Positions 45,639 through 58,183 of a DNA stretch of 64,000 nucleotides are shown here, in pieces. The position numbers were made by a program, and so were the translations under genes. Numbering within the stretch: the first letter of the stretch is position 1; every line of letters starts with the position of its first letter. The notes beneath the pieces were generated by a model that saw nothing but the letters and a program-made list of their open reading frames with translations, did no database searches and was not told the origin of the DNA. The stretch is from Macrostomum lignano (lineage: Eukaryota): contig NIVC01001087.1 in the NCBI GenBank assembly GCA_002269645.1, positions 62,001 to 126,000 of the forward strand, given 5' to 3'.

Positions 45639-48600
45639 TCACTTGTTAGAGGGTCCGGCGGCAGTAGCACCTTCGATTCGCGCAATTTTGTTACCGCCCC
45701 TAGGCTGACTGGACACGCTCTGTCGCTTAAGCCGTTTTCGGAATGCAGCTTCCGCCTTCGATGCAGCTGCCAGCATTTCTTGCGCCTTCCTTCGCATCTC
45801 GTCAACAGTCTGCTGCTGCGTCACTAAATCCTCCTCCTGCTGCTGCTGTTCCTCTTGAGCCTTCTTCGCTGCAGCTTCAATCGCGCGCTGTTCCTCCATC
45901 TTCTTCTGCAGTCTCTTCATCGCCTGCTGCCGCTGTTCTAATCGAGCGCGATCAGCCGCTTTACTTCGGGCTTCAAAGCCAATGGCAATTAGGCTTGGTT
46001 CAATTGTGACTGTATGTGCAGTGGCCAAATTTGCCTTCAGCCAGGTCTTGATAGTGAGCAGAGAGTTGAGCGTAAACTCGGAAAGCTTGTTCCGCTGCTT
46101 CGTTAAGTCGTTGGCCAACCACTTTAAAAACCGTTCGCTGTCCGCGTTGCCATGCGGAATGCAGCATGCACTGCGCCCTAGCTTTGATAGCAGCGGGTAA
46201 GTCGCAGTGGGCAGGCATGACCAGAACTTCTCAGGATTCGACTTTTCGAGCTCCGAGTTTGAGACACGCAACCTGGTGACTTCGAGACGCAGCTCATCAA
46301 GCTCATCAACTGCGATGACGGTGCTCATCGTTTTGGCGACCCTTAACACGGTTCTGTCGAAGTTGAAGTCCTCTCCGAGTAGATAGTTAGGGTCGACAAA
46401 GCGAAGAGCTCGGAGGATCTTGTTCTGCAGTGGCAGATATGAAAAAAGCCTCTGCACTAACTCACAATAGAAATCGCGAACGCTCTTGTAGAATCCAATG
46501 CGATCAATTGGCGACAGTCTGTCGACAGTCTCACGGGTCTTGCCACCAATCACCAGACTTGCGTTGTTCAACTGATTGGAGCGTTCCTTGGCACGATCGG
46601 CGAGGTCTGACAGAGAGTTGGTCTCATTAACAACGTCTTCTCGGACAAAGCACGTCAGGATGCAGCCGCAGAGATCGTCCAGTGACGATGAAAGAAGGTG
46701 GACCTGAGTAGACTCATTTTGAAATAGCTTCTCAATCTTCTCGCACCTGGGCAAAGCTTGTTCGAGAAACTGGAGGCGTGCTAGAGCTTTGTCGGTCAAG
46801 GCCTCCCTGATGCGGCGAGCTCGGTCATTCTGAATGTTCTGCTGGTTTGAGAAGAACTGCTGCAGCGCAGGCCACTGCTCGAGAATACGACGCACCACTA
46901 TTAGCACCTGGAGCCAACGGGTCTCCACTCGGCGGATAAATGCATGCTCAGTCAGATTCAGTGCTGTCTGAATCTAAAATGCAACAGTGGGTGGCAGAGC
47001 AATATGAGCGGTACTGTTTAGAATAATATGGAGAGAACTAGAAGCATTTATTCATAGAGTTCAGGGGCAACAAACTGATGATATCACTATCAGCGATAGT
47101 AATAGGTAAAAGAACATGTGCATTTTGCTATAATTTGCTCATTTGCTTTATGGTGTACTTACTATGATCTTTTTATTATCTCAATAAATTATGCCTGACA
47201 GAAGTTCAGTTAAGTTGGATAAAAGTATCGCAAAGACAGAATATATGTATTTGTAATTGTTCTTATTCTTAAAACCAGAAATAAACTTTGTTCGCACAAG
47301 AGGCATACCTGATGGAAGGCTTTGCGTCGACTTTTGAACCGAAAATTGTTATAAACATCATCCAGGAGTCCTTCTGTCTCTCCAGAAGTGTCCAAAGCCT
47401 TTACCGCATATTGGACAGCGTTGTGCACGTGGTGTAGGCTACACCCGCCAACATCGATTAGGTGCGGTAGCTCCTCCTTCAGTTTAGCAAGCAGGCCATT
47501 GTTTTGACCTTCGGAATGTTAGGATAAATAGTTTAATTCATTAAACATTCCATAAAAACTTACAAAGTTATCATGTCATTCACATGTTGTAATAAGGTTG
47601 TGAAAAAAAACTGCTAACTGTTCTAAAAGATTACTGGGCTCATTCCATATAAGATGGACATATTTGGAAAATAGAAAAAAGTCAATATTTTTGCTTGCCA
47701 TTGCCTAATTAGCCTATTTTTTTTTACCAAATGTTTATATTGTGCAATATATACAATCTAAGAATAAAGGAATGGTAAAATGTTGGATTAGTATGTTATC
47801 AATTGGCAAAAAGTCATTTTTGTAAAAATTTGGACATTTTTCGAAGCAAAAGACATCATTAAGATTTTGTACCTTTTAAAAACAAATAGAAAGCTTTTGA
47901 AGGTTGAAACAAACTATAGATAAAAGTATAGTACTTGCATCATCAGATAAAAGCATTGGTGACCAAATAATCTATTATATTTTTAATGTATTAGTACCTC
48001 AAAGTTACTGAATTGACAGAAAAAAATATGTTACGACCATAATGTTACGACCATAAGGCTGCCTTTTCTTTTGTATCTTTGTTGCCTTTTGAGTTTATAT
48101 ATTCTCATAAAAGAGTATGATTTCTAAAGATGTTCTTAGTCAAATTTTAAAAATGTATTGCAAAATATCAAAAATGAAAAATGTTATAAGACTTTTACCT
48201 TTTAGTTTCTATATGTCAAAAATCCTGTCGTTACGACCATAAGTGTCATTTAAGGTTTAATAGCATCTATACTAATGATGATATCTATATGAAACTCTAT
48301 AAATATATTCTAGACAAAATAATCTTTCATTTAAAATATTGGTTTAGTATATTCTATTATTAGATTTCATTTTATAAGTAAAAATAACCTGTCATGTTAC
48401 GACCATGCTTATATGGAATGAGCCACTGTATCACGTACGTTACTACTTACTAGTATACTATTTCTATAATATAAGACAGTTGCTACTACTCGCACGAGCG
48501 TAGTAATAGCAAATGTACATGTAGAGACATAGTAGAGACAGTAGTAGAGACATGTAAATAGTAGTGCATGTAGCAGTCACAAACTTTCATTATAAGTACA

Positions 48601-49485
48601 TACTTATTATTATAGGTAATTAGGACATTCATATAAAAGAACAAGCTAGTTCTGCAATTGCTCACCTCGCATTGCATTGCATGAGTCAGTCATCACCGAG
48701 AGAACATGCTTAACAGGTATATTCCCTTCACGAAGTAGTTCCTTAACAACTGTCTTCATTCCTTCAGCAGTGCTGTCCGTCAGCTCTTTGATGCCAATCA
48801 TTACAATTGGGACATTTTGGTGCTCAGTGGAGAATACTCTTGCAAGTACTGCCAGGTAGGAGCGATCACGTTTAGTGCCCTCATCCAGCATAATGGAGAA
48901 ATGCGACTTGCGGAGAAGGTCAAACATTTGCTCCTTTGCGAATGGTGCCAATGCCTCGTTAACAAGATAGGTCGTTTTAGTTCTGCAGCAGGCAAATTGC
49001 TGAGCGATAGCACTGTCCGGAAATGCAACCGGAAGCAGCGATGTAAACTGGTCCATTAGGTTAAATGACAGATCCTTTTGGGCCACCAGTAATGAAAAAC
49101 GCAAATTGGCCGCCATTGCTTGCTCGCTGATAGTAGTCGAACTCACAGCTTGCTTTGCTGGATCGTCGTTCATAACCGAGAAGAAACTTGTCATGGTCTT
49201 TTGTTGACCAATAGCAGATATTTGAATTTTGTGGTTTTGTCCATCAGCGTGCTGACGAATCGCGCTGATTCCATGCTGCATTATTGAGAATGACCTGGAG
49301 CAGGCCCTGCAATAGGCCTTGCCTTCAATTCTGTCTTGTTGACACCACTTAGAGATTAGAACGCCAGAGTTGTCTTTTTCTTGTAGCCAATCGTTGTCCC
49401 ATTTTGTGCCTCGTTGACTTGGCTTTGTTTTAAGAGGCATTATGCTTGTCCTTGATACAAGAACTCTATGTCTGGACTCAGACAC
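45639..49485 (-). CDS. hAT transposase, 3 exons, ~770-785 aa, open throughout
   Basis: Exons 49485 (or 49440)-48666, 47508-47309, 46973-45639, phase-consistent. BED-like finger YCRACSRSF...HADGQNH, catalytic D (MLDE), D (MTDS) and E (ADSER), CxxH (CSLH), TRW motif, hATC dimerisation region, coiled-coil tail. Confidence 0.92.
47637..48424. mobile_element. Non-autonomous MITE (788 bp) nested in transposase intron 1
   Basis: 17-bp perfect TIR GGCTCATTCCATATAAG / CTTATATGGAATGAGCC; 4-bp TSD ACTG (47633-47636 and 48425-48428); four GTTACGACCAT motifs (48030, 48044, 48230, 48396); AT-rich, no ORF. Confidence 0.88.
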
Positions 49486-52400
49486 TTTCTTGTTTATTTA
49501 GTTTAAGTTCGATAACATGTTTTGATTTTAAAGTGGAATAAAAAGCAGACCCATGGGGGTGAGTGGGATTGACTATTTGCTAAGCCAATAGGAATTGGCC
49601 ATTTTGGGGGGGGGGGTAGGGCTTGAAACTTGGGGTATCCAATCAGGGCCCCAATCAGCAACACCCCACCAGACTAAGGGATGGGTAAGGCCAAGTGGCA
49701 AGCCCCGACTGACTGCATCTTTTTAGTTCTTTCTACACAATTCTAAAGAAAGTAAAGAGTGTGCTTTGACTTAGACTTAGAGGAAGGGAAACAATGTTGA
49801 CTTAGTGTAACTATAAAACTCATTTAGCGCAGAATTGAAAGCATTTCAAAGATAATAGCGCAGTAGCGCAGCCGCAGCTGAAACAAAATAGCGCAGTAGC
49901 GCTAAAATAGCGCAGGTGTGGCAACTATGCTAGTTAGATGCTAAAATATTTTTTGCATGTTAAATGATACATATAAGTTATATTGTTATATTATATAAAT
50001 CTTTATTATATTTTTATTGTTGCTTTGGATAATATAGGCCTAATGTATTTAAATATACTAACCTTTTCCTAGGGCCTACAATTAATATATATTATCTTAG
50101 CAATTAGTAGGACCTAGGCTTAGGCCTATATTAAGGGCCTATTATAGACAAACAAGCAATCAAGCATTCAAGCAAGCATACAAACCTTAGAGATTTTATA
50201 TACTTGGATTGCAGCAATTAATGCTTCCTCTTGATAGCTAGCTACCTATTGACCTCTATTTATAGCTAATAGTAATACTTCCTCCTAACAACTAACTATT
50301 GACCCCTAGGGCCTACTTATAAAAATTATAATGGCTACAATTAATTTAGGCATATTATAGGGCCTATATTATCCAAACAATTGAATTAGGCCTATAATGC
50401 TTTATTTTAACAGCTAACTTACTAACTATTGATCTTTACTAACAGGTAGGCCTAGCCTATGAGGTAATATAATATCCCAATAATTAATGCTTTAAAGTTT
50501 ATGTTTATCTTGACAAATATTGATCTATACATATAATTAGGCCTAAATGCCTAATGCATCTTCCTGACAGATATTTTGTTGGACTACTACTTGAAAGTAT
50601 ATGATATAGGCCTATGCCTATGGCTATATAAACTAAAACAATGTCTTTAGCTTTGGTTTCATTCATAGTTTTGTTTAAAATACAAAAATGGTAACACTCA
50701 GAATATTATTGATTGCAATATTGAATTTTAATGAAAAATCGATTGGTAAATGTGACACTTGTTCAAAACAGTTATTTTTTAATAATTCAAAGTTTGCCAG
50801 GCCCTGGCCTAGCTTGCCTTAGGCGTAAAAATGGAAAAAAGTAAGAATATTACAAAATAAATAGAATAGGCCTAATACTGTACTGAATGACCTATTTTAT
50901 AAACCTATACTTGGGTTTGATAGGCTGGCTTAATCCAATAAACAGCGATAGTGATCCACCATGCTGCATGGCGCATGCATCATATTCATGCATGCTTATT
51001 GCTGCTAGCCAGCATATTTCATCATTTGAAGAAACGTATAAGCCTTATTATTGCAATAATTAAACTTAACGTAAAATTGCTTCGCAATTTCCGGATTTTT
51101 TCCGGATCAAAACTTGATTTACCTGATCTGATTTCAATAGCAAGAGGTACGTAACACTCAAAGTATTTCAATTCGACGAACATACAGATAGGCCCCTTAT
51201 GCCCAGCTGTATGTTGTCCAAAAGCCCCGAACTTGAACACGTGAAGACACTCCATTTTATAATGAAAAGTTGTTTCTCCCTAAGTTTATTTCAGCTAATA
51301 CATTTCAACAATCAATAATAACTTAGGGTATAAATATAATTTAAGCATGTTGCTGACGGTCGCTAAATTTTCCCCTTTACCCACTGTTTCCCATCCTTTT
51401 CCAACCCCTTTCCCATCCTTTTCTTATCCTTCCGGCTTTTTCTTCTTTTTGTTTTTATTTTTATCATCAAATTTGCTCGAATTCTCCGCGGTGCAGCCGC
51501 GGTGCAGTGGTAGCTGGCAGCTCCAAGGGCTACCGCTTAAGCCAGCCGCTGCCTCCCTAGGCCTGATTTTCGGTAAAAAGGTACCATTCTTTCCTTTTCT
51601 TTTTTTCTTTCCCTTTTTCCTTCTCCAGAACGCATGCGACCGAGAGTAATTACTTTCGCCGGCGCCGCGGCCATAAGGCGCCGGCCATATGTTGGTAATA
51701 TGCTACGGGGACGCGGGTACTACCGTGCCCTGAGCCCGTACTGTGATCCAACGTCAATGACAAATATGTGACTAATTATTTATTTATATGTGCCTGATTG
51801 TCGGATATATTCGTCGGCTAAAGGTAGGTGTTATGTAAAAGTGCACTGTCGTCGACTTCATCGGTGTCGACTAGACGTCGGGAACGTCGGCCAATGTCGC
51901 CGACTTCAGATCGCTATACGGGGAGACTGGCTCAGTGTCTCCCGCAGTTTCTGACAAGTGGCATACACCCCTATATCATGCTCGCCTTTACTCCACTCCC
52001 TATAGCTTGCTCACAATAGATTGTAGCGCGGGTTTTGCAGGGCACCCTAAGGGGATTTATCGTTTGTTGTGCTTTCTCTTGCCAGCGCTGCCCAGAGAGG
52101 CGATTAAAAGCCTTAATTTTACAATAACAGGTTCTTGCATTCGAGCAAACGACTCATTTTTATTTTTTAAACAAAATTTCCAAGAATTCTTGTGAATTTT
52201 TATTCAAAATCCCCTGCATTTTGCGGCTGAGGTAAAATTAACTAAAGGTAATGCAGTGATTTTTTGTACATTTGCATGCATACAGCTACGTGGATATAGA
52301 GAGTCAAGACTGTCTCATACTGTAAAATATGTGCATCTAAAATCGACACGCCGACAGTCTACTTCAGTCTTACTAAAAATTTATCTTGCTAAACAATTGC

Positions 52401-52852
52401 AAAAGCAATAAGCTTGCATTAGCTGGAAATTATTAGTTGCACAAAAGTCAAACCGTAAATATTTACTATTAACTGTAGCGAGCAACTCTAGCTGGTTGTT
52501 GCGAGTGTTACTCGTAGTTAGCCACTCAAAAAGGTGAAGAAATAGAATGTGGCTGTGCCTGTATATTTATTGTCTGGTAGAACACAGATTTCCGGTTCAT
52601 TGAGTGCGCGTTGGGATGTGCTCGAGCAGAGGGAAGTGGATAGGCTGGGTGGGGGTCACGGAGTGCAAACTAGGTGCCCGAACTACCTGCCTGCGCATGC
52701 TACATTAACCTCATTTATTTAGCATCTATTTTAATAGATTTTAGAAAGGATATTTTTTACCACAGACAGCCATGACTACTTTGGCCAACTTCGACTTCCA
52801 GACAGCATAATAGTATATTATTACCCAGGTTTTAAGGGCGATAATGGTACAT

Positions 52853-53803
52853 TTGCGTAGTAGGTATAGGGGACTGAAAAATTGGCCAAACACGAGTGCA
52901 CGAGTGCGCGTAGCGCACGAGTGTCTATGGCAATTATTTCAGCCCCTTACCTACTACGCAACGTAATTGTCTATAAGACACACAGAGGCCATTATTTCAG
53001 CATAGCGTAGTCTGGCGGCCATTATTTCAGCGTGCCGGAAGCGGTCATTATTTCACACTTTTATATCACGCTTCAATTCGCTGTTTTGAGAGTTATTTTA
53101 CCTGTAGACGACTGAGATGTTTGTCTTAGTTTGACCATAGACAAAACTGTGATGAGTGCATGATTTCGCTTGCGTCTTGCAAGAAATCAGGAAAGCGGGT
53201 AGTATACGAGTGAAAGCTATACTTTGTCTTGTCAAACAACTATGGCTGGAACATCTCGTCAAACAGTCCCGCTTATTAATTGGAAAAATCTTCTTGTCGA
53301 AGACTAAACGAACCGTGAGACCTATGCTTCAGTGGAGATGACACAGGAGATACGGGTGAAGCATGGTAAGCATAATATGTCAACATTGTTGTAAGTAAGT
53401 TAGTGGCTATACTAATGGCTATATAGAAACTGAATTTTTTACAACGTCCATTAATCTGCAGGTCGGATGGATTCGGAACGCGCAATTCGCTTCTTCGAGA
53501 ACTGCCACTTCAAGGATTGCACGTTTCAGTTTTGATGAGCAACTTCTGATGAACAGTCTATGACTACTGTATTGTTTTTGTGCTTAATGTGCGCGTTTTC
53601 CATTGTTTGGTGGCTAAAATGTCTTGACTATCCTTTTTTCAGCGTATTCCAGAATGCCATGTAGACTGTTTGCGATTATTAACCCCTTATGTCAGTTAAT
53701 AAATGCATAGTTACCTAATCGTCTATTGGTTCAAACGCCTGCTAAAGCTGAAATAATGGCCAGTTGAGTTTGTCATTACGCTAGGCTGTGTCTTATGGAC
53801 AAT
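52853..53803 (+). mobile_element. Hairpin-ended non-autonomous element, possibly Crypton (tyrosine-recombinase transposon)-derived
   Basis: 109-bp imperfect palindrome 52853-52961; inverted repeat ATTGTCTATAAGACACA (52966) / TGTGTCTTATGGACAAT (53787-53803), 16 of 17 matching; spliced remnant ending FFENCHFKDCTFQF-stop (53462-53535). The family call is recalled similarity only. Confidence 0.5.
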
Positions 53804-53876
53804 GAGAAAGTCAGAGGTTCTATACTTGATATCGATTCGTCAAGTGTGCTTTAGTTCAGACAGAGTGCAAAAAATA

Positions 53877-54526
53877 CACTCAGCAACATTTAAAAGTGTC
53901 CACCCTTGCGCCAAAGGTCCATGGGCAGCACGATCGATGGTTTCGCCAATTGGTTTTGGGCCATAGACAAATGAGCAAAAAGGGGCAGGAAAGTAAAGAC
54001 CGATGTCACAGGGAAAAGCGTTACAGTAATTAACGAGTGTACAGGAGTTTACTGAAGGCATCTGGATGCAGGCGACAACGATAGTCCGCCAAATGACTGT
54101 TTGGCCCACTTTGCGTTGGCCGTCCAGATCACCGGATATGAACCCGATTGAGCACGTGTGGGATTTCCTGAAGCGCACGATTCGGTGCAACAATCTCTAT
54201 CCCCCCAGAACATGGTCCAGCTGCGCAATGCGCTTTCAGTCGCGTGGCAACAGCTTCCACAAGACTTTCTGCGGCGCCTTGTTCGGGAATGCCTCGACGA
54301 GTGAGCGGTCTGTTGGACGCTCGTGGTTGCTATCTACCTGTTACTGACTGTGCTTTAGACACGTACACAGCGTGGAAATGGGCATGGACTTGTTTCGTTG
54401 ATCATTCTTTGTTGCCTTATTTGATTGTCTATGGCCCAAACATAGTTGAAAAACTTTTCAATCCCTAATCGTTCAGCTAGTGTAGCCTTTTGTGCAGACG
54501 TGGACACTTTTCAATGTTGCTGAGTG
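53877..54526 (+). mobile_element. Internally deleted Tc1/mariner element (650 bp)
   Basis: 27-bp TIRs CACTCAGCAACATT(T/G)AAAAGTGTCCAC, 26 of 27 matching; TA TSD on both sides; transposase C-terminal remnant WPSRSPDMNPIEHVW with a frameshift. Confidence 0.93.
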
Positions 54527-55809
54527 TAACAAGAAATTGTCCAGCGGTTGTCCAACAGTAAGATGCGCCCTTAGATAAAGGATCGCGACATGAAAGAAAC
54601 TATCACTAAATCACGAATACGATGAGTTTTTTATCGATTCACAGGTAAGAGTTACATGCAATGTATTGATCATGTTACAAGAAAGTATTTGAATATTCTT
54701 GATTTCAAGGATTCCCGAAAGTTATAATCATCTTCCTATACAGGAGCTCACGAAAGCTTTTTCACAACTATACGTCACTTGCGCTCTAGTGAACACAATC
54801 TCATTGTGCGTGTCAGGGGCGTCATAAAACTGGGTGCAAATCTATGGGGGGACATGACAACGTTTTGTCCTCCCACGTCCCCACCTTGTGAGCCGTTGTG
54901 GAAATCAATACTTTTGCTTCAGGGCGCCAAAATATAGCGCCTTTGACGCCAAAAATGACTGCTAACAACACCGTGGTTCTCAAAAAAAGCTAAACGAGAG
55001 AATTTAGTCATGTACACGATTGTGTTGCATTACGCAATCATCGGCCCACTCATCTATATTTTTCCTTCTTGGAGTCTGCAAGCTGACGAGTCGGGATGCA
55101 TTGCACATCCTCCCCCAGCCACTTGAAGCCCTCAGCTTGTTGATTTTTGTTGACCCCCAGCATGGCGACCCTAGGCATTGAGATCTGGGTCTTTATTCGC
55201 CAGAGGGTCCCAACCAGATTTCAGCATGAGAAATTGAATACATTTCAACTGATCCGCCTACTAAATTCTCGAACACCAGATCAACTATCGCCAGAGTACA
55301 ATAGGCACAACCCGCGCTTTATTTGCCGCCAAATTGTTAGCATTGATCTGCTAGCCAAGTTTGATCAACAGGACAAGCGCCATCAGCAACAAGGATCACT
55401 GAGCTTCCAATAGGTGAGCCTCCTTCATTCAGCCTCCATCAGGGAGCTCGTATAGCTACCCTGAATTAAAAGGTTTGTTCCACACTCAAATGTATTTTTC
55501 TGAATTCGCCATTAGCTTCTATTTGAATGAGTACATATTGGAAATAACAGTGAGCAATACAGAAACTAAATAAAGTTCATTCATTGCCTTTCGTACAGAT
55601 TGAAAACACAGGAGGCGTATAGTAAAGTTATTCGTGCTTCACAACATGTCGACAATAAGTACAACACATCACACAGATATCTATGAGAGCTGGGTAGAGG
55701 TTGACAATATCAGATGGGCTAGATATGGGACATTTCTCGTGGGTTACTTCAGTTGCTCTGAGTTGTGATGTACGTGTTGAATTGTGTATTTGAGAGTGAG
55801 TAAAAAACA

Positions 55810-56015
55810 CTTTGCGGTTGGGAAGTGAAGTTTCGTGTTTTTGAAGTTTCGCGTTGATCAAGTTTCGCATTTTTGAAAGTGAAAGCAAAAATTAGCGGTT
55901 GTAAAGTTTCGCGTTTGTGAAGTTTCGCGTTTGTGAAGTTTCGTGTTTATGAAAGTGAATGCAAAAATTAGCGGTTGTGAAGTTTCGCGGTTGTGAAGCT
56001 TCGCGTTTATGAAAC
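55810..56015. repeat. Short array of GTGAAGTTTCGCG(T/G)TT motifs
   Basis: About 9 copies read directly; looks like a DNA-transposon subterminal repeat, but no partner end was found. Confidence 0.6.
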
Positions 56016-56715
56016 CCACCCCTTCTTGGACCCATCATAACCAACCGGATCCGGTTTTCCCTAATACGAAAGGAGGCATTTTGTACGGTAGGCGTGTAGT
56101 GATACTATATGATAGCTATAGGGATAAAGAGTGATAAATTCTGCGAATAAAGTGATCTGAGGACAAAATTGCGGTCCGTAGAGAACTTATAAAATTGGCC
56201 TCCCATCAAAATCTGCATGAATCGCTCGTTTTCCGTCCCCGAGTATTTAGTATAGTAGTCCCTGCATGTGCCTTAAACCATGGTTAACTAGATTTGGATA
56301 AGGTGAGAACTGCTTAATTTTTTAATTCTCTCCATGCATGCGGCCTTGCACAGTCCATAAGTACTCCATTCTTCCATATGTATGTCTAAAAGCGACACTG
56401 TATAAGCTTGCTCATCTCTTCACTTGCTCATCTCTTCTCGTTCGGCATCTTTCTATTCAGTACATTTCACTGCCTCCCCTTTTGTCTCGGTACCTCTACT
56501 CAGAATGGCTCGATTAGTTTAACAAAAAAACAGAGTACAAGCAGATTCCCATAGCCGTATGCAATTGCTGTACGTAAAAAACAAGTTGAAAGTGCGCATC
56601 CCAAGTTGAGGCCTTCTCAAATCTTTCCACCACGGCAGCTAACCGTAAGAAGAGAAGCAAATAAAAGGCTATTGTAAGAGTTATTCATTTTGAGTACACG
56701 ATTTCAGGCTGAAAC

Positions 56716-57921
56716 ATGCCAGACAGTACTTCAAGCTATTCAATTGAGTCCGCAAATACTCGTACGCGTGGCAGTCCATCATCAGGTGGTTGTCTAGCAG
56801 TGAAGCGGGCGCTAAGAAAGGAGCGAGACATCAAAAAGAACCTGAGTCTAAAATACAAATACTATGAATTCTTCGTCAACTCACAGGTAAGGCCTTCTGT
56901 TGCTAAAGAATATCACTATGCTAGTTTTTCCAGTCACAGGACCTTAAAATTAAACGACCACGTGTTGTCTTTTAAGTATACCAGCTAACAATAACCAACA
57001 CTCGCGGCTAACCCACAGTGGATCCCGAACTGGCTACTTCTGCTTCTGCGCTGTCTCATGGGAGGCACCTGCATCTCGGTTTTTATTTATGTGTCTGTCC
57101 AATCTGGCAACAAAGCTTCGTCAAGCACCAGCACCGAAACAACAACAACTTCTCATTCTCCTACTGCAAGCTCAAGCACAAGCACTTCCTATTTCTACCT
57201 GACCTACCTAACGATCTGGAGCTACCTCATGATGACTCTGTACTTTACTTGTGCTCTGGTGAACACAACCTTATTGTGCGTGTGCTCGGGTCGAAAGCCA
57301 ACCAAAGGTCAGGAAGACGGCAACTCGTCAGGGTGTTGCAGCATCGCTGCTAGAGAATCTCTCAGTTTAACTGACTGTGGCTATAAAACTGCCGACCGAT
57401 TGAAAGCTGTCCGCAAACGGTCCGAATTGAAGAGAGCTCTAGACTCGGTGGCTAGACACTTGGGCTTCCGGCTTCAGTGGCTGCTGCACACGATCGCCAC
57501 GGATGCTGCTCTGCTCGTCACTGTAGCTTACTTCTCTCTGCTGTACGAAAACTCGTCTCCAATTGCCGCTTTAGATCTGTTGGAGCACGGCATCAACTCT
57601 GTGTTTATGTTCATTGAAGCCTTCTTTGGCGGCGTTCCGGTTCGCTTCGTGAATATTATCTACGCCGTTTGTTACGCAGTGATTTACGTTTTGTTCAGCG
57701 TATTCTACTGGCTATCGGATCGTAACAATGTAATCTATCTATATTTGGACTGGAACAACCCGGGCCTGACAACTGGTGTTGTGTTCGGCTTAATTCTCAT
57801 CGGGATGCCTCTGGTGCACGCAGTCTGGTGGGGCATACATCTGCTGCGCTGTTACATTGGTGGCGTATTGCTCCATCGGGAAAACAAGTGCAGTCCAACG
57901 CTTGAGACTGAGAACGCTTGA
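56716..57921 (+). CDS. Rolling-stone-like multi-pass membrane protein (Rost / FAR-17a-AIG1-like), 2 exons, ~357 aa
   Basis: Exons 56716-56886 and 57019-57921 joined at FVNSQ|W; motifs YLTYLTIWSY, LQWLLHTIA, LEHGINSV, Y...YVLFSVFYW, IYLYLDWNNP; about 6 hydrophobic segments; acceptor TTTCAG just before the ATG. Confidence 0.82.
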
Positions 57922-58183
57922 GACAGAGAAGGCTTGAGAACGAGTATGGTTGCTTTTCTTTGCTTGCCAATCGTTTTAAAATAATTGATTGACCGCACTG
58001 AAGACAGAACATTTAGTTGTTTTTTTTAAAAGCTTAGTTTTATTTACTGAAATACGTTTGAACGTGAAGTTTGTTTTGATACCCAAGCTTGTACATCCTG
58101 TCTGAGTATGCGAAATGGGTATGATGAGACTCGTAGTACATATAACAATAATATTATAATTATAATTGATTGTGCGGCACATC

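Larger units (their letters stand above)
45031..49929 (-). mobile_element. Full-length hAT DNA transposon, 4899 bp
   Basis: Perfect 13-bp TIRs CATAGTTGCCACA (45031-45043) / TGTGGCAACTATG (49917-49929); perfect 8-bp TSD CTAGTTAG (45023-45030 and 49930-49937); subterminal TAGCGCAG repeats; contains a transposase gene. Confidence 0.96.

Noticed and set aside
43056-51709. CCACTAGCATATTA (43056) and TAATATGCTACGGG (~51696-51709) as TIRs of a large EnSpm-like element
   Set aside because: Only 12 of 14 match, with mismatches at the terminus and no consistent TSD.
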